A DNA stretch of 64,000 nt from Amphiscolops sp. MND2022. Taxonomy: Eukaryota. Every line of letters begins with the position of its first letter. Position 1 is the stretch's first letter. The translations under genes and the position numbers were made by a program. The notes below the pieces were generated by a model. The model did not search any database, was not told the origin of the DNA, and saw only the letters and a program-made list of their open reading frames with translations. The stretch covers positions 31,870,001 to 31,934,000 of the forward strand of contig OZ076409.1 of the NCBI GenBank assembly GCA_964187785.1, written 5' to 3'. Of the stretch, positions 39,637-52,420 are shown in pieces.

Positions 39637-41374
39637 GAGGTTGATCCAATTTCAGAAATTATAAAACTTTTTCAAATAAACTGATTTTATTTTTATTTAC
39701 ATTGACTTTGTATAAAAAAAACAATAAACGGACCATGTTATCTATTTCCCCCCCAGGTACACCTTGTTAGGAATATCCCCCCCAACACGAAAGCACATTT
39801 TGTTCTTGAATAAAAATATTTCGCTAATAAGAGAATATTATATGAATGTAAATACTTAGAGGATTGTCTCCACAACTGTTTGGACACTTCAGGCAAAAAA
39901 ATATCATATATTTTTTTGATATTATTGTCCAAAATAGCAGAAATTCATGTTGGGAACATGCTAAAATTGTATAAAAAGGCCCTTATTTAGCGCAAATTTT
40001 GTCCGCTATAAAATCTAAAGAGCAACTTTTAACTGACAGTCAATGTAATTGATAGGATTATGTCGACATCAATTATTTTATTGGACTAAAATTTCAACGC
40101 AACGATGTCGACATAATGGTATTTGAACCTTGTGTCTTATTTCCCCCCGCCGCAGTTTGGGGGGGAAATAGATCACATGGTCCCAATAAACTTGTTCAAT
40201 CACATTTTTTCATTAGTAAACTCAATTCTTTTTTTCCTTTTTCTACGCCAGGTCTTCCACATTTGTATTGCAATATCATTGCGGCTCTCAATAACTTATT
40301 TCTATTGCGCGCTGAGGAAAAACAATTTTCTAGACAAAATATACAAATACGTCCAAAAACGCCCGGTTTGAGTAATTATACTGCGCGAGGAAGTGGAGAA
40401 GGACATTGCTTTCAATACCGCTGCATTATTGCCACGGTGGAGGCGATTGGAACATCAACAATCACAGTTGTATCTATTCCATGCAATATCTGGTGGTATC
40501 TATTGCAATAATTTCACAATATATTTTACAGTCAAATGAGTTATACAATTATATAACTTTTGAAACATTTTCTGCCGACCCGAGTTCCCTGTTATTATGG
40601 AGAAATTGAATGGCCTCCGCATGCAGTGGTGACAATGCATGTCGCAAATGAGTTTGTGTCAACCAATGCGACACAATTCTATTGGCTGACGACACAATTC
40701 GTCATTGCAGAATTATTTTGGCGATTAGATACATAATTTTTATTTCAAGATCCAAAAATGAATCATTTTTCTTCCATGATCTCAAAAATAAATTTTTAAT
40801 ATATATTTGTTGCAGGTATTTCCATTGAAGTAATTTTTTCGGTAACCCTGGTCAATATAAAATTATTTTTTAGAAATAGTGAAGTCATTTGTTTTTGAAT
40901 TATTACGTCAATATTTGGTCGCCCTGAAGATCACGAACCAAATAATATGAGCAAATAACACAAATATCTCAAATAGAAGTTGTTTCAAATATAATTTTTC
41001 AAATAGAAGTCGCCCCCGAATATAAGCCGCCCCCGATTAGAGCCACATTAAGCATGAAAAATTTATCCTAAATGCCATTGCGCACCGTATTTCTTCGAAT
41101 ATAAGCAGCAAAATTACTGCAGAAAGAAAAACGGTAAAAGAATTAAGGTAATAATAATGATAACGTTCCAACTAACATAATTTAGTTCGTTGTGATGGGA
41201 ATTGAACTGATAAAGAAACGCAATGTGATTGAGCATGAAAATTGCATTCATCATTCACAACCTACAGCTAGCTTGTTGCATAGACTGGAGTTCATTGAAC
41301 GACGGACGGAAAAGAAACGCAATGTGATTGAGCATGCTTTTGTGATTAGCGTACATGTAACGAGGAACGTTCTA

Positions 41375-42635
41375 CAGTAGCCTTCTAACATATCGCAACT
41401 CAATTGTGCAAAAATGCAAGTTTCAAATCAAACTATCTTAAAAACTATCAGAAATACGAAAAATTGTCAGGTAAGAAAGTTTCTAAGAAATTTATCTAGT
41501 TTACAAAAATGTCGATTTGAAATTTCTGTGACAAAAAATACATTAGTTAGAAATTGCACTTTTGACAAAATTTAATCAAATTTGTATTTTTTTTCTGGAT
41601 TTCCATAAAGTTGAAAGAATTATTTGAAAAACTCAGGGGTTGGACAGGGGTTGGCAATAAATAATTATTGAAAAAATTTTGTCAATAAATAAATAAGAAT
41701 TATTTATTTCGAGATCGAAGAAATAAAAATAAATTATTTTCCTTGGTAAATAAATTTTACAGTAAACTGAAACGTATTGTTGCGGGATAATTGAATTGTT
41801 AGTAGAATTTGAGTGGACGCCGAGAGCTGTGATTTGCTAACCGAGCAGTATTCACAAATTATAGAAAGGAGACATCTCCAATCAAACCTAGAGGCGCAGA
41901 TATTCCTCCAGTTCAATAAAGAATACATATTGGAATGTCAGGACTGTAGCAGATTTGATTGAGTTTTTTTATTGATTTTATTTTAAATAAGTTCAATAAT
42001 TTATTTCTTCCCAAGCACAATAAAAATTATTTATTGCTAGGCTTGTATTGTATTGCAATACATTATTACCAACCCCTGCCTGAGGATGCTGATATAAGTT
42101 TATCGGAACACTTTTTTGATTTCAAAGAAAAATCATCAATTTTCTAAATACAATTCTTATAGCCAATCTTAATACAGGTCCCACCTTTTATGTCCCACTT
42201 AATGCCCGTCCCACCAAGGCCTAGTAAAAAAGGGGGTCTATGTCCCACCAACTCTGGTTTCGTACACGTAGTTCAGTGCTCATAGACACAAAATAAAGTG
42301 TATTTTTTTTCGAACAAATTTCTCAATCAAAACAATTCAGTAGGTTCGGGAGATTAAAAAGTCTCCGAATCAAATAAAAGAATATATTTAAAAAATCAAT
42401 TCTAAGCTACTCAATTTTCGAAAAACTCCAATTTTAACTAAAATTTTCTAAAAATTGCAATTTTCAACTTTTTTGGTAACGGTTGTAGAAAAACAAACAT
42501 TTTTGTAAACTAGATAAAGTTTTCAGAAACTTTCCTAGCTGGCAAAAGTTTGTATTTGTGACAGTTTGAGAAATTTGGTTTTGAATTTTGCCATTTTATG
42601 CTATGAGGTTGCGATATTAACAGAGAACGCTACTG
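41375..42635. mobile_element. Tc1-type non-autonomous element (CAGTAGC ends) containing a hAT-like MITE (41645-42078) and a GGTGGGAC element
   Basis: TA|CAGTAGC...GCTACTG|TA. Confidence 0.6.
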
Positions 42636-43098
42636 TACAGTATATCTAAATCTTAATACCTTGAAAACTGTCACAAATTCAAAAAACTGTCAGCTGAGAA
42701 AGTTTGAGAATTTAATCTAGTATAAAATACTTGCCAAAATTGCTATTGTTTTTTTTAAGTTACAGAAAATTAAATGCATTCAGTTTGGTTTCGTAAGCGT
42801 TGGTGGGACATGTACACTTTTTTGCATGCCCTTGTTGGGACAGGCATTAAGTGGGACATCGCAAGATGGATGAGTTTTAAACTGAAAAAATTTATAACGA
42901 GTTCAATTTAACAAAAATGAAATTCATTTTACTAAACATAAATAGGAACCGGAAAATAGTTGATTTTTTGGGGGGCAAAATAGTTGATAAAATAGTTGGT
43001 AAAAAACGGAATTGGTAAAAAAAAGTTGAATTTGTCATGTCTTACAAATGGAGAAACTCTACAAACTACAGAAAGTTTTAGTTGGCAAAATCCACCAC

Positions 43099-43555
43099 CA
43101 GGGATTGGTAAAGATTAATTGCATTGCAATTAATTGCATTCATCTCTCACAACTGATTGATTGTCAGCCGTCGATAAAACCAATTCATCGATTGCAAAAC
43201 ATGCAATTAACTGCAATTATAAACTATACTTTTCGTTTCAATTCACTTTATATTTTGCCTACATCGAATCTAGCCGTTTTTTCAGCATGGCGGGATTTGT
43301 CTGATAAGATTTGTGTCAGAGAATAATCCCACGTAAACTGGAATCTCAATTATTTCTCAAAGTGAACTTTCATTTGTGGAGTAAATACACTTGTGGAGAC
43401 AGCTATCTTTTAAAAAGTTAAACTTTGTCTAGCTGCTTTTTTGTTTGAATTTTGCAATTAAATTCAGTGATTGATTGCAAAAACGACCAATTGAAATTAA
43501 TTGTTTCCAAAAAAACAGCTACCATATAATTGCAATTAACTTTTACCAACCCCTG
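43099..43555. mobile_element. hAT-type MITE
   Basis: TIR CAGGGRTTGGTAAA; TSD tccaccac/tcaaccac. Confidence 0.8.
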
Positions 43556-43715
43556 TCAACCACTATTTGGTTAAGTAAAATTTAAGGTGGTTTCCCAAAT
43601 GACATAAATGCAAATAACAAAAATAAATTTATTCCCAGAAAACATAAAAGTACATTGAATTCCCATTTAACATAAAAACAAAATAATATTATAACGTAGT
43701 CAGATATGTTCACAA

Positions 43716-44248
43716 CAGGGGTTTTCAAAAATTAAATGATGAAAAATTAATTGCAATTAATTGAGTAAATAATTGATTTGAAAGCCCCAATTAATTAAAA
43801 AGCGGATTTACTCAATAGCAATTTTAATTGCAATAATTGGCCAATTTTTGACTACCTAAAATAAGACTAAGTCGCGTGCCATATTGAAAATCTCTCGTAT
43901 TGGTGAGGCACCGGCAAGAGCAGCCTCTATATATCTCCCAACTTCATTTTACCAACTTCTGATATGGTAGAACGATTTTTCAGCAATGCCGGATTTGCTT
44001 TTTCTGATTTTCGCCAAGCATTACTGCCAATAAACTTGGAAATGCAACTCTTTTTAAAGGTTAATCACCGATTTTGGGACGATCATACTGTCGATACTGT
44101 GAAAAACTCAGTAAATATCAATGCCGAACAATTGACCAATTAATTGCAATTAATTGGTTTTAAGCCAATTATATTGGTATTAATTTTTGATTTAACAATT
44201 AATTGAAATTTAATTTTTTGTTTGAAAATTAATTTTTCAAAACCCCTG
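43716..44248. mobile_element. hAT-type MITE, second copy of 17485-18015
   Basis: Perfect TSD gttcacaa, different from that of the first copy. Confidence 0.9.
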
Positions 44249-45341
44249 GTTCACAAACCCCTAGTGCCCTTTAAAACAATGCTGTGGAAATGTGAATGAT
44301 TTTAATCAAAAAACCAACTAACCAACATGAAACGAGTTAGGTCACCAATAAGTTAGGCTTTGTATAACATAGTAAAACAGAACTAAAGGAAAAAGATAGA
44401 AGTAGTTCCAGGAATCCTCGAAACTCTTCACGGTAATCTGTAAGCTAAGATTGAAACCGACAAAAGTTTTGAGATAATTGGTCTTGGAAAGACAAGAAAA
44501 TCAGAGGAATTAGGCGGGGGAAAATAAGTTCATCAAAACTGAATTTTAACTCAAATCGATGTTGCTACTTGGCGAAGGGAGCGTATGCAAACCTTTTCAA
44601 ATAAATCAAGTTCCAACATATTGGCTGTAACAGCACTAAAAGCTAGTATTTTGAATTCTGCTGTATGGGTCCAAGTTTTCATTTTCTGCTGTATGAATAG
44701 GCACCTTACAATACCTTCACAGTACATGTATTCAGTGCCGCAACGTGCTACTTAAAGGGCATTGACAATTCGGGCAAGGTGCGAATTTGCTGAAGCAAAA
44801 TAGTTTTGTGGCGTTATGCTCGGCTGCTATCACACAATCATCGCACGTTGTACACCGTTGTACAACGTGCGATTGTGATAGCAGCCGAGCATAACGTCAT
44901 CACAGTTCGTTTCCATCACATTATACATGTAACTGTAGGAAAAGAAATGTGATGATTAGGGCAACCGCGATTTGCCCTTTATTTTTTTTAAATTTTGCCC
45001 TTTATTTGCCGCCCTTTATTTTAAATTTAGATTCTATTTGCCCTTTATCAGCACGCGTTTGAAAGCGAGGATTTAACAAAAAAGTCAAATTCGTTTATTA
45101 ATTTCAAAGTTCTACCCATTCATTTGAAAAAGAATATTTGAATTGATCTCAATTGAACTCAATGATTGTAATCAGAATGACAAAACTCAACCTAACGTAA
45201 ACCGCTAAACTTTTGTGTGCATGTTCTACCAATGCTCGTATTCAGAAACTTTGATGTCAGAAAAAATGTCGGGCTGAAGTGAAAGTTATGATCAAAAATC
45301 ACAACCTTGAAACACTGACACCCATTATCATGTATTTTCAA

Positions 45342-45419
45342 AGAGGCTCTCAGTTAGGGGATCACACGGTGTCGCCCATAACAAGACCCACGCCGAGAAC
45401 GTGGCCTCTAAGGGGTCTC
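45342..45419 (-). ncRNA. HDV-like self-cleaving ribozyme, copy 3
   Basis: Same fold; differs from copy 1 only in J1/2 (CUU) and the P4 loop (CGU). Confidence 0.75.
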
Positions 45420-45962
45420 AAAAATCTAAGTTTACAAATTCTAGTACAAAAATATGCTAACTGCCAGAGCTTCCGAAATTTTATTTGGGATCAAATATTT
45501 CAAACAAATTGAACCAAAATCAATGAATTGATCAGAGAAACTTGCAAATTCTTTATCACTTTTTCGCAAGAGCTGAAGCATTAATTTCGGTAATAAGACT
45601 TTCATCCCAAGATAGTCTATTCATCTTCAAAAATTTCAAGGGTTCATTTGAAAATAACTTATCTAAAACCATCTATGGCCTAACCCGCGGTAGTAAAGAA
45701 GTTTTTCATATAATTAGAGGTCTATGAAATCAAAATCAATATAATTAGGCATTTTTGTGTTTTCCGTTTTTTCATCATTATTTCTAGTGTGCGTCACATT
45801 TTATTGCATCATTCCAGGCAAAAATTAACAATTAATTGTAAAAGTTTCAGTCAATTGATTGCCATTGACCTGTCTAAATCAATTAATTGCATCCTAATAA
45901 TTACAGTTGAATAACTGCGAGTTAAAACTCGGAAGCCCTGATAACTACACTTTTACAAAGTT

Positions 45963-46181
45963 TTAATTGTACAAAATACTATTTACGGGTAATCTACAGT
46001 AAGGACATGTAACAACTGCACTTGCGAAACTATCTAAATAATGTTTTATACAATCTCTACAGGCTAAATGTAGACTATGTTCTAGATGGAAGCTTTGAAG
46101 GTCTTCTACTCTAAAGTTTTCGAAGCAGATGAGGCAATCTTTTGTGCATTTTATAGCTTGAGGCTTCTTTTTCACCCTCAT
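45963..46181 (-). CDS. 72-aa RING-variant micro-protein (paralogue of 26964-27182)
   Basis: CLIC...HLEHSLHLACRDC...CPYC, within a ~900-bp duplication of 26343-27240. Confidence 0.75.
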   Translation of the reverse strand: MRVKKKPQAIKCTKDCLICFENFRVEDLQSFHLEHSLHLACRDCIKHYLDSFASAVVTCPYCRLPVNSILYN

Positions 46182-47401
46182 CGTTGTGACACCTAGAAAC
46201 TCGAAACTAATAAACATTGTGCACGGACATACAAAGGATTTGCGACGGGGGTCCTTCATTTACAGGGTGAGGTGTCACGAAGCAGAAAATTCACTAAGCC
46301 GAAAAATGAAATTTTGCGAAAGTGAATTGGTTTCCTCAAGCCTTCGAACAATAAACCTACAATAACTTAAATTATTTATTTTCTTGATTATTCCCTTGGC
46401 CATACATTAATGGGAAACATATGTGTTCCATACATTAATGGAAAATAAAATAAACCATTAATGGTCATTATTTAAACATTATTAACCGGTCAAAATTAAA
46501 GCATTGTGTGCAAAATACTTAAAAATTCGTACATCAAATGCGATTTCCATTAATTACACCACGTTCCATTAATTTTTGACAGTCCCTGCGAACCTTACAC
46601 CCTTGGCTGGAATTAATTAACTGAACATCACACCGCGTAGTTAATTCATATAATATTACCTGGAAATCACACCGCGTTGCTATTTCATTGAATATTACTC
46701 AAAATCACACCGCGTTGCTATTTCATTGAATATTACTCAAAATCACACCGCGTTGCTATTTCATTGAATATTACAGTAGCGTTCTAAAATATCGCAACCT
46801 CATTGCATAAAATAGCAAATTTCAAATCCAAATATCTCGTAAACTGTCACAAATACGAAAAACTGTCAGCTAGGAAAGTTTCTTAGAATTCTATCTAGAT
46901 TACAAAAATGTTTGTTTGAAATTTCTACGACCCTTACTGAAAAAGTTAGAATTTTCAATGTTTTGTTTTCATTAGATTAGGACTTCGTTAGCCGAATTTA
47001 CTGGCTCTAGTTTTACTTCTTGTCCGCTTCCAAAGCTTCTCTGTTGGCTAATACCCTCTTTTTGAAAAACAACGAATATTTGTGTAATATATAATTCATT
47101 TTCCTCTCTCTGCGCGTTTCGCGGCGTTTACGAAACCAGAGTTGGTGGGACCTAGACCCTCTTTTTTACTAGGCCTTGGTGGGACGGTCTACGTTAACTC
47201 AAACAATTTAGAGCTTTGTACAGAAAATGACTGTATATGAAAAAATTAATTGATCATCTAAATACAAAAATATATATGAAAAGGTCAAATCAACAAGTTT
47301 CTTCTGTTGAAGCAGTAGTGAAAGAGTGGCTCGAGAGGGCTTATAATTTCTTCTTTGGATTTCTGCTGTACTGGATTTGATTTGAGGGGTACTGGTTGTG
47401 T

Positions 47402-47632
47402 TTAGAGCTGAGCCCTAAAAGGCTTAACGTGAAGATTATTGTTCGGTCTCCAGATGTCATCGAAAATGATCTCTTCATCGTACGTGTTTTTTTGTGTAAC
47501 TTCGTACTTTGTTTTCCCGTTGGGGTAGAACACTTTGCAGTAGTAGCAAAACCCAACTTTGCGTGGGGTATTCGACTTTCCATGTAATTTAATAACTGCG
47601 TTTTCGCTGTTTTTTGAGATGAGTTTATCCAT
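47402..47632 (-). CDS. 76-aa RVxF-motif (RKVGF) micro-protein, left arm
   Basis: ATG ORF intact in both arms; VGF-x8-PNG aligns with the 15070 protein. Confidence 0.5.
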   Translation of the reverse strand: MDKLISKNSENAVIKLHGKSNTPRKVGFCYYCKVFYPNGKTKYEVTQKNTYDEEIIFDDIWRPNNNLHVKPFRAQL

Positions 47633-48258
47633 TGACCTGGTAAGAGAGGCTGATTGATGGCAGAATGAGAACAGAAGGAGGCGAGAGATTGAATGATGAC
47701 AAAAAAGAATAGAGACTGGATCGTTTGAGTTTGTTTGGCAACAATGAAAGAAATGTAATTGAACGCCAAACTTTTTGGTTAACCCTTATTGGTTGAAATA
47801 CTGCTTTGATGTCAGAATAAAGTTATAATAAAGTGTTTGGTTCTAATTATTTAATTGTAAATGGCTTTTACCATGCCGTCTTTTTCAAAGGTAATTGTAT
47901 TTTGTCATTATTTGCGCAAAATGCCCCCTCCCCAAGCGACCGCAAGGGAAAATAAGACACATGGTTTACTTCTGACTGTATTGTAGTACGTCAAATTTTA
48001 GTACGAAAAAGACGGCATGGTAAAAGCCATTTACAAATAAATAATTAGAACCAAACACTTTATTATAACTTTATTCTGACATCAAAGCAGTATTTCAACC
48101 AATGAGGGTTAACCAAAAAGTTTGGCTTTCAATTACATTTCTTTAATTGTTACCAAACAAACTCAAACGATCCAGTCTCTATTCTTTTTTGTCATCATTC
48201 AGTATCTCGCCTCCTTCTGTTCTCATTCTGCCATCAATCAGCCTCTCTTACCAGGTCA

Positions 48259-48489
48259 ATGGATAAACTCATCTCACAAAACAGCGAAAACGCAGTTATT
48301 AAATTACATGGAAAGTCGAATACCCCACGCAAAGTTGGGTTTTGCTACTACTGCAAAGTGTTCTACCCCAACGGGAAAACAAAGTACGAAGTTGCACAAA
48401 AAAACACGTACGATGAAGAGATCATTTTCGATGACATCTGGAGACCGAACAATAATCTTCACGTTAAGCCTTTTAGGGCTCAGCTCTAA
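48259..48489 (+). CDS. 76-aa RVxF-motif micro-protein, right arm
   Basis: Two amino-acid differences from the left-arm copy. Confidence 0.5.
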   Translation: MDKLISQNSENAVIKLHGKSNTPRKVGFCYYCKVFYPNGKTKYEVAQKNTYDEEIIFDDIWRPNNNLHVKPFRAQL

Positions 48490-49176
48490 ACACAACCAGT
48501 ACCCCTCAAATCAAATCCAGTACAGCAGAAATCCAAAGAAGAAATTATAAGCCCTCTCGAGCCACTCTTTCACTACTGCTTCAACAGAAGAAACTTGTTG
48601 ATTTGACCTTTTCATATATATTTTTGTATTTAGATGATCAATTAATTTTTTCATATACAGTCATTTTCTGTACAAAGCTCTAAATTGTTTAACGTAGACC
48701 GAGAAACGCGCAGATAGAGGAAAATGAATTATATATTAGAGAAGCTTTGGAAGCGGACAAGAAGTAAAACTAGAGCCAGTAAATTCGGCTAACGAAGTCC
48801 TAATCTAATGAAAACAAAACATTGAAAATTCTAACTTTTTCAGTAAGGGTCGTAGAAATTTCAAACAAACATTTTTGTAATCTAGATAGAATTCTAAGAA
48901 ACTTTCCTAGCTGACAGTTTTTCGTATTTGTGACAGTTTACGAGATATTTGGATTTGAAATTTGCTATTTTATGCAATGAGGTTGCGATATTTTAGAACG
49001 CTACTGTACTCAAAATCACACCGCGTTGCTATTTCATTGAATATTACTGAAAATCACACCGCGTTGCTATTTCATTGAATATTACTAAAAATCACACCGC
49101 GTTGCTATTTTAATGGAAGTACGTGTACGTTTTAAAATACCATACTGTAATAAATGAGCGAAAGCTGTAGTAAATA

Positions 49177-49852
49177 CAGTGGTGTGAAAAAAGAATGCGA
49201 CTTAGCTGCTCAAAAAGGCTAATTTTACAGTCACATATCTCCAAAACTATTCGAAATGGTTCAATTATGTAAAAACGAAAGTTTCTTGAATTTTTGCTAT
49301 GATTACAATGGTTTTTGTTTGAAATTTCAACTATCATTATTTCCGAAGTTAGAAACATGTGATTTTGGGAGGAAAATAATTAAAATTGCTAATTTTTGAG
49401 AAAATATCAGTGATCCAATGAACATTTTTTGATAAATTTTGCCTTGCAGATACACTCAAATCTCTCGAAAACGAAGATGAAATTTGATTTTGGATATATT
49501 TGGAAAACGTATATTGGTGGGAATTTTACCAAGTGTAAGTCTGAAATTCCTATCTTAATACATGTATTTAGAATTTTACTGAACGAAAAAGTGCTCCCAT
49601 TTTCGTTTTCTTGGTGATTTCCACAAACAAAAACTATCATGGGATTGAGAAAAATCAGAGAAATTTTTTGGTATAATTTTCATGTAAAAATTATCCCCGA
49701 AAGACGGTAAAATATTGAAAATACTGATTTTTGCGAGCGATCGAGGCTCGTTAAACCAATGAGATTTGAGCAGCGAGGCTTTGTGAACCAATCAGATTAG
49801 GGAATTCTTTGCATTCTGAGCAACTAAGTCGCATTCTTTCTTCACACCACTG
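49177..49852. mobile_element. Tc1/mariner-type MITE
   Basis: ~36-bp TIR CAGTGGTGTGAA..AAGAATGCGACTTAG; TA TSD. Confidence 0.85.
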
Positions 49853-49946
49853 TAAAGCGAACTTTTTTCAAATGTCAATGATTGCAAAATTTGAACTGAA
49901 ATAGGTTAGAAATGATTAGAATATAGGGATTCCATTCGTTTATCAC

Positions 49947-50321
49947 CAGGGATGTAAAATATTGTATTTAAATATTTATCCTAAAAAAATAAATATATTT
50001 AATAGTTGCTGACTAACAATGAATATATTAAATATATTGTCCAATATTGTGCGAGGAGAAAATATATTGTTTTTATAACCCTCAATAATTTTAACGAAAC
50101 TTCCTGAAATGGCTCTTCGCGTATTTCGCGTGAAAGATCAAAATTCTACATTTCTTTTAATACTTGCAAACTTTAAAATGAATATCAAAATATAATGGCC
50201 CAAAACACAAATACATTGGATCAAAAAAAAAATAAATTGCATTGTACAAAACCACAAATAACTATATTTTGTTTATTCATTGTCAATATATTTAAATACA
50301 ATATAATTTTTCACATCCTTG
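49947..50321. mobile_element. hAT-type MITE
   Basis: TIR CARGGATGT; TSD tttatcac/tttatccc. Confidence 0.7.
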
Positions 50322-51519
50322 TTTATCCCCGGACTATGTTATTTGGAAATTCACCATTACAAAATTACGTATTGAATCAAAAATTACGTACTGAATCAAA
50401 GACTTTAACAGATGATGAAAATCAATGATGGATTTCTAACACAAAAGTTTCATTTCTAACGTTAGAAACATATTGATAACACTTTTGTTGAAAAAGATTT
50501 CTCACTAATTTCAATGGAAAAATTAACTGATTTCGTGCAGCATTTTTGGATCTTTTCTGTTAATTCCCCCCCCCCACCAGTTTAATTCCCCCCAGTTAAA
50601 CAGTCAAGTGAAATTATCACTGAATTAATAGGAACAAACAATCAAATTGCAGTATTTTATAGCTCTAACTGCAACTGAAACTCATCGCTGACAGTGGTGG
50701 GGAATTAACAGAAAAGATCCTCATTTTTTTAATGGTAACGACATTCGGCCGTAAAGTTTCTCTATGAAATGTTTAAAATGGGAATTTTCCGCAACTGCAA
50801 AGTTTGTATTCGATGATAGGAATGTTATTAACGATTAGGTATCAAATAACATAAGAACAAATAGCACAAAATTAGGTTCAATTAAAATAAAAATGAAATT
50901 AATTTCGACCAACATAAAAATAAAACCTAATACCAGGTTAAGTAATCGAACTCACGAAACTTTATTTGTAATTTTCATACTTTTTTGAGTGAATCTTTTG
51001 AATTGTGAATGCTTTTGACAGCTAAAACTTTCTCGTAAACAAGCTTTCTTTCTGTTTATGTTTAGTCAAACTGATTTCAGTTTCATGTTATTTGAAACTA
51101 ATTTCGTTTTATGTTATTTGCTCTTATGTTATTTGGGAATTCACCCGTTATTAACATGAACGCGCTTGTTAAAATTAATCCATCACTGATGAATGTTGAG
51201 AGAGTTGACAAATAATCCGCTTAAAGTAATCCAAAATGAAGACAGGAAGTTGCGGATAATGCAAACAAATGCAAAGCGATTCAAATGATGCAAACAAAAT
51301 GACGATGATGAGGATCAATCGGAGAAGAATTCTGAGAAATCTGAGAATTCTCAATTGTCAACGAAACTGAAATTTTGTAAATCCGTTTACGAACCATGCT
51401 GGGACTGAACGAAATTTTCACCGAATGTCAGGACTGCTGTGACGTCATGATTAATATGATTTGTAGTTGATTACGTAATATGATTTGAACATGTAGTTGT
51501 GGTCAAATATAATTTCTCC

Positions 51520-52420
51520 TTTCTGAAGCGTTTGTAAGAAAGCTTATTCCAAAAATTAAACTGAAATAACAAATTAGGACCTTCAAATTTTTGTGCTCAG
51601 TATTTCATTTCTGTTTCATTTAACTCGTTTGCGTGGGGGGTTTATTGAATAAATTAATATTTAAATGCTAGAATTTCGCTGTGGCATATTTAATTTCTCT
51701 ATTCAGTAGCCCATGTAAAATTAATGAAATAACTAATTAGGACCTTCAAATCTTTGTGTTCTGTTCTTCTTTTTGTTTCAATTAGCTTGTTTGCGTGGGG
51801 AGGGGGGGGGGTGAGTTATTGAACAAAAAATAATGTAATAGTTTATAAATGCTAGAAATTTCGCTAAGACATATATACTTTCTCAATTCTGAAGCCCTTT
51901 TAAAAAACGTATTCCAAAAAATAAACTGAAAGAACTAAATAACTAATTAGGACCTTCAAATCTTCGTGTTCTGTTCTTCTTTTTGTTTCAATTAGCTTGT
52001 TTGCGTGGGGAGGGGGGGGGGGGTGAGTTATTGAACAAAAAATAATGTAATAGTTTATAAATGCTAGAAATTTCGCTAAGACATATATACTTTCTCAATT
52101 CTGAAGCCCTTTTAAAAAACGTATTCCAAAAAATAAACTGAAAGAACTAAATAACTAATTAGGACCTTCAAATCTTTGTGTTCTGTTCTTCTTTTTGTTT
52201 CAATTAGCTTGTTTGCGTGGGGAGGGGGGGGGTGAGTTATTGAACAAAAATCAATGTAATAGTTTATAAATGCTAGAAATTTCGCTAAGACATATATACT
52301 TTCTCAATTCTGAAGCCCTTTTAAAAAACGTATTCCAAAAAATAAACTGAAAGAACTAAATAACTAATTAGGACCTTCAAATCATTGTGTTCAGTATTTC
52401 TCTTTCTCTTGTTTCAGTTT
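51520..52420 (+). repeat. Tandem ~210-bp repeat (three near-identical copies plus degenerate ones) with a variable poly-G tract
   Basis: GACCTTCAAA at 51578, 51741, 51951, 52163 and 52372. Confidence 0.9.

Larger units (their letters stand above)
46774..49006. mobile_element. 2.2-kb foldback Tc1/mariner-type element with ~1.1-kb inverted arms carrying a cargo ORF
   Basis: Arms 46774-47886 and 48005-49006 are inverted; TA TSD lies inside a minisatellite unit (gaatatTA|...|TActcaaaatcac). Confidence 0.85.

Noticed and set aside
47341..48550. 142-aa ORFs in the foldback arms
   Set aside because: TTG start and no motif; the overlapping 76-aa ATG frame has family support.
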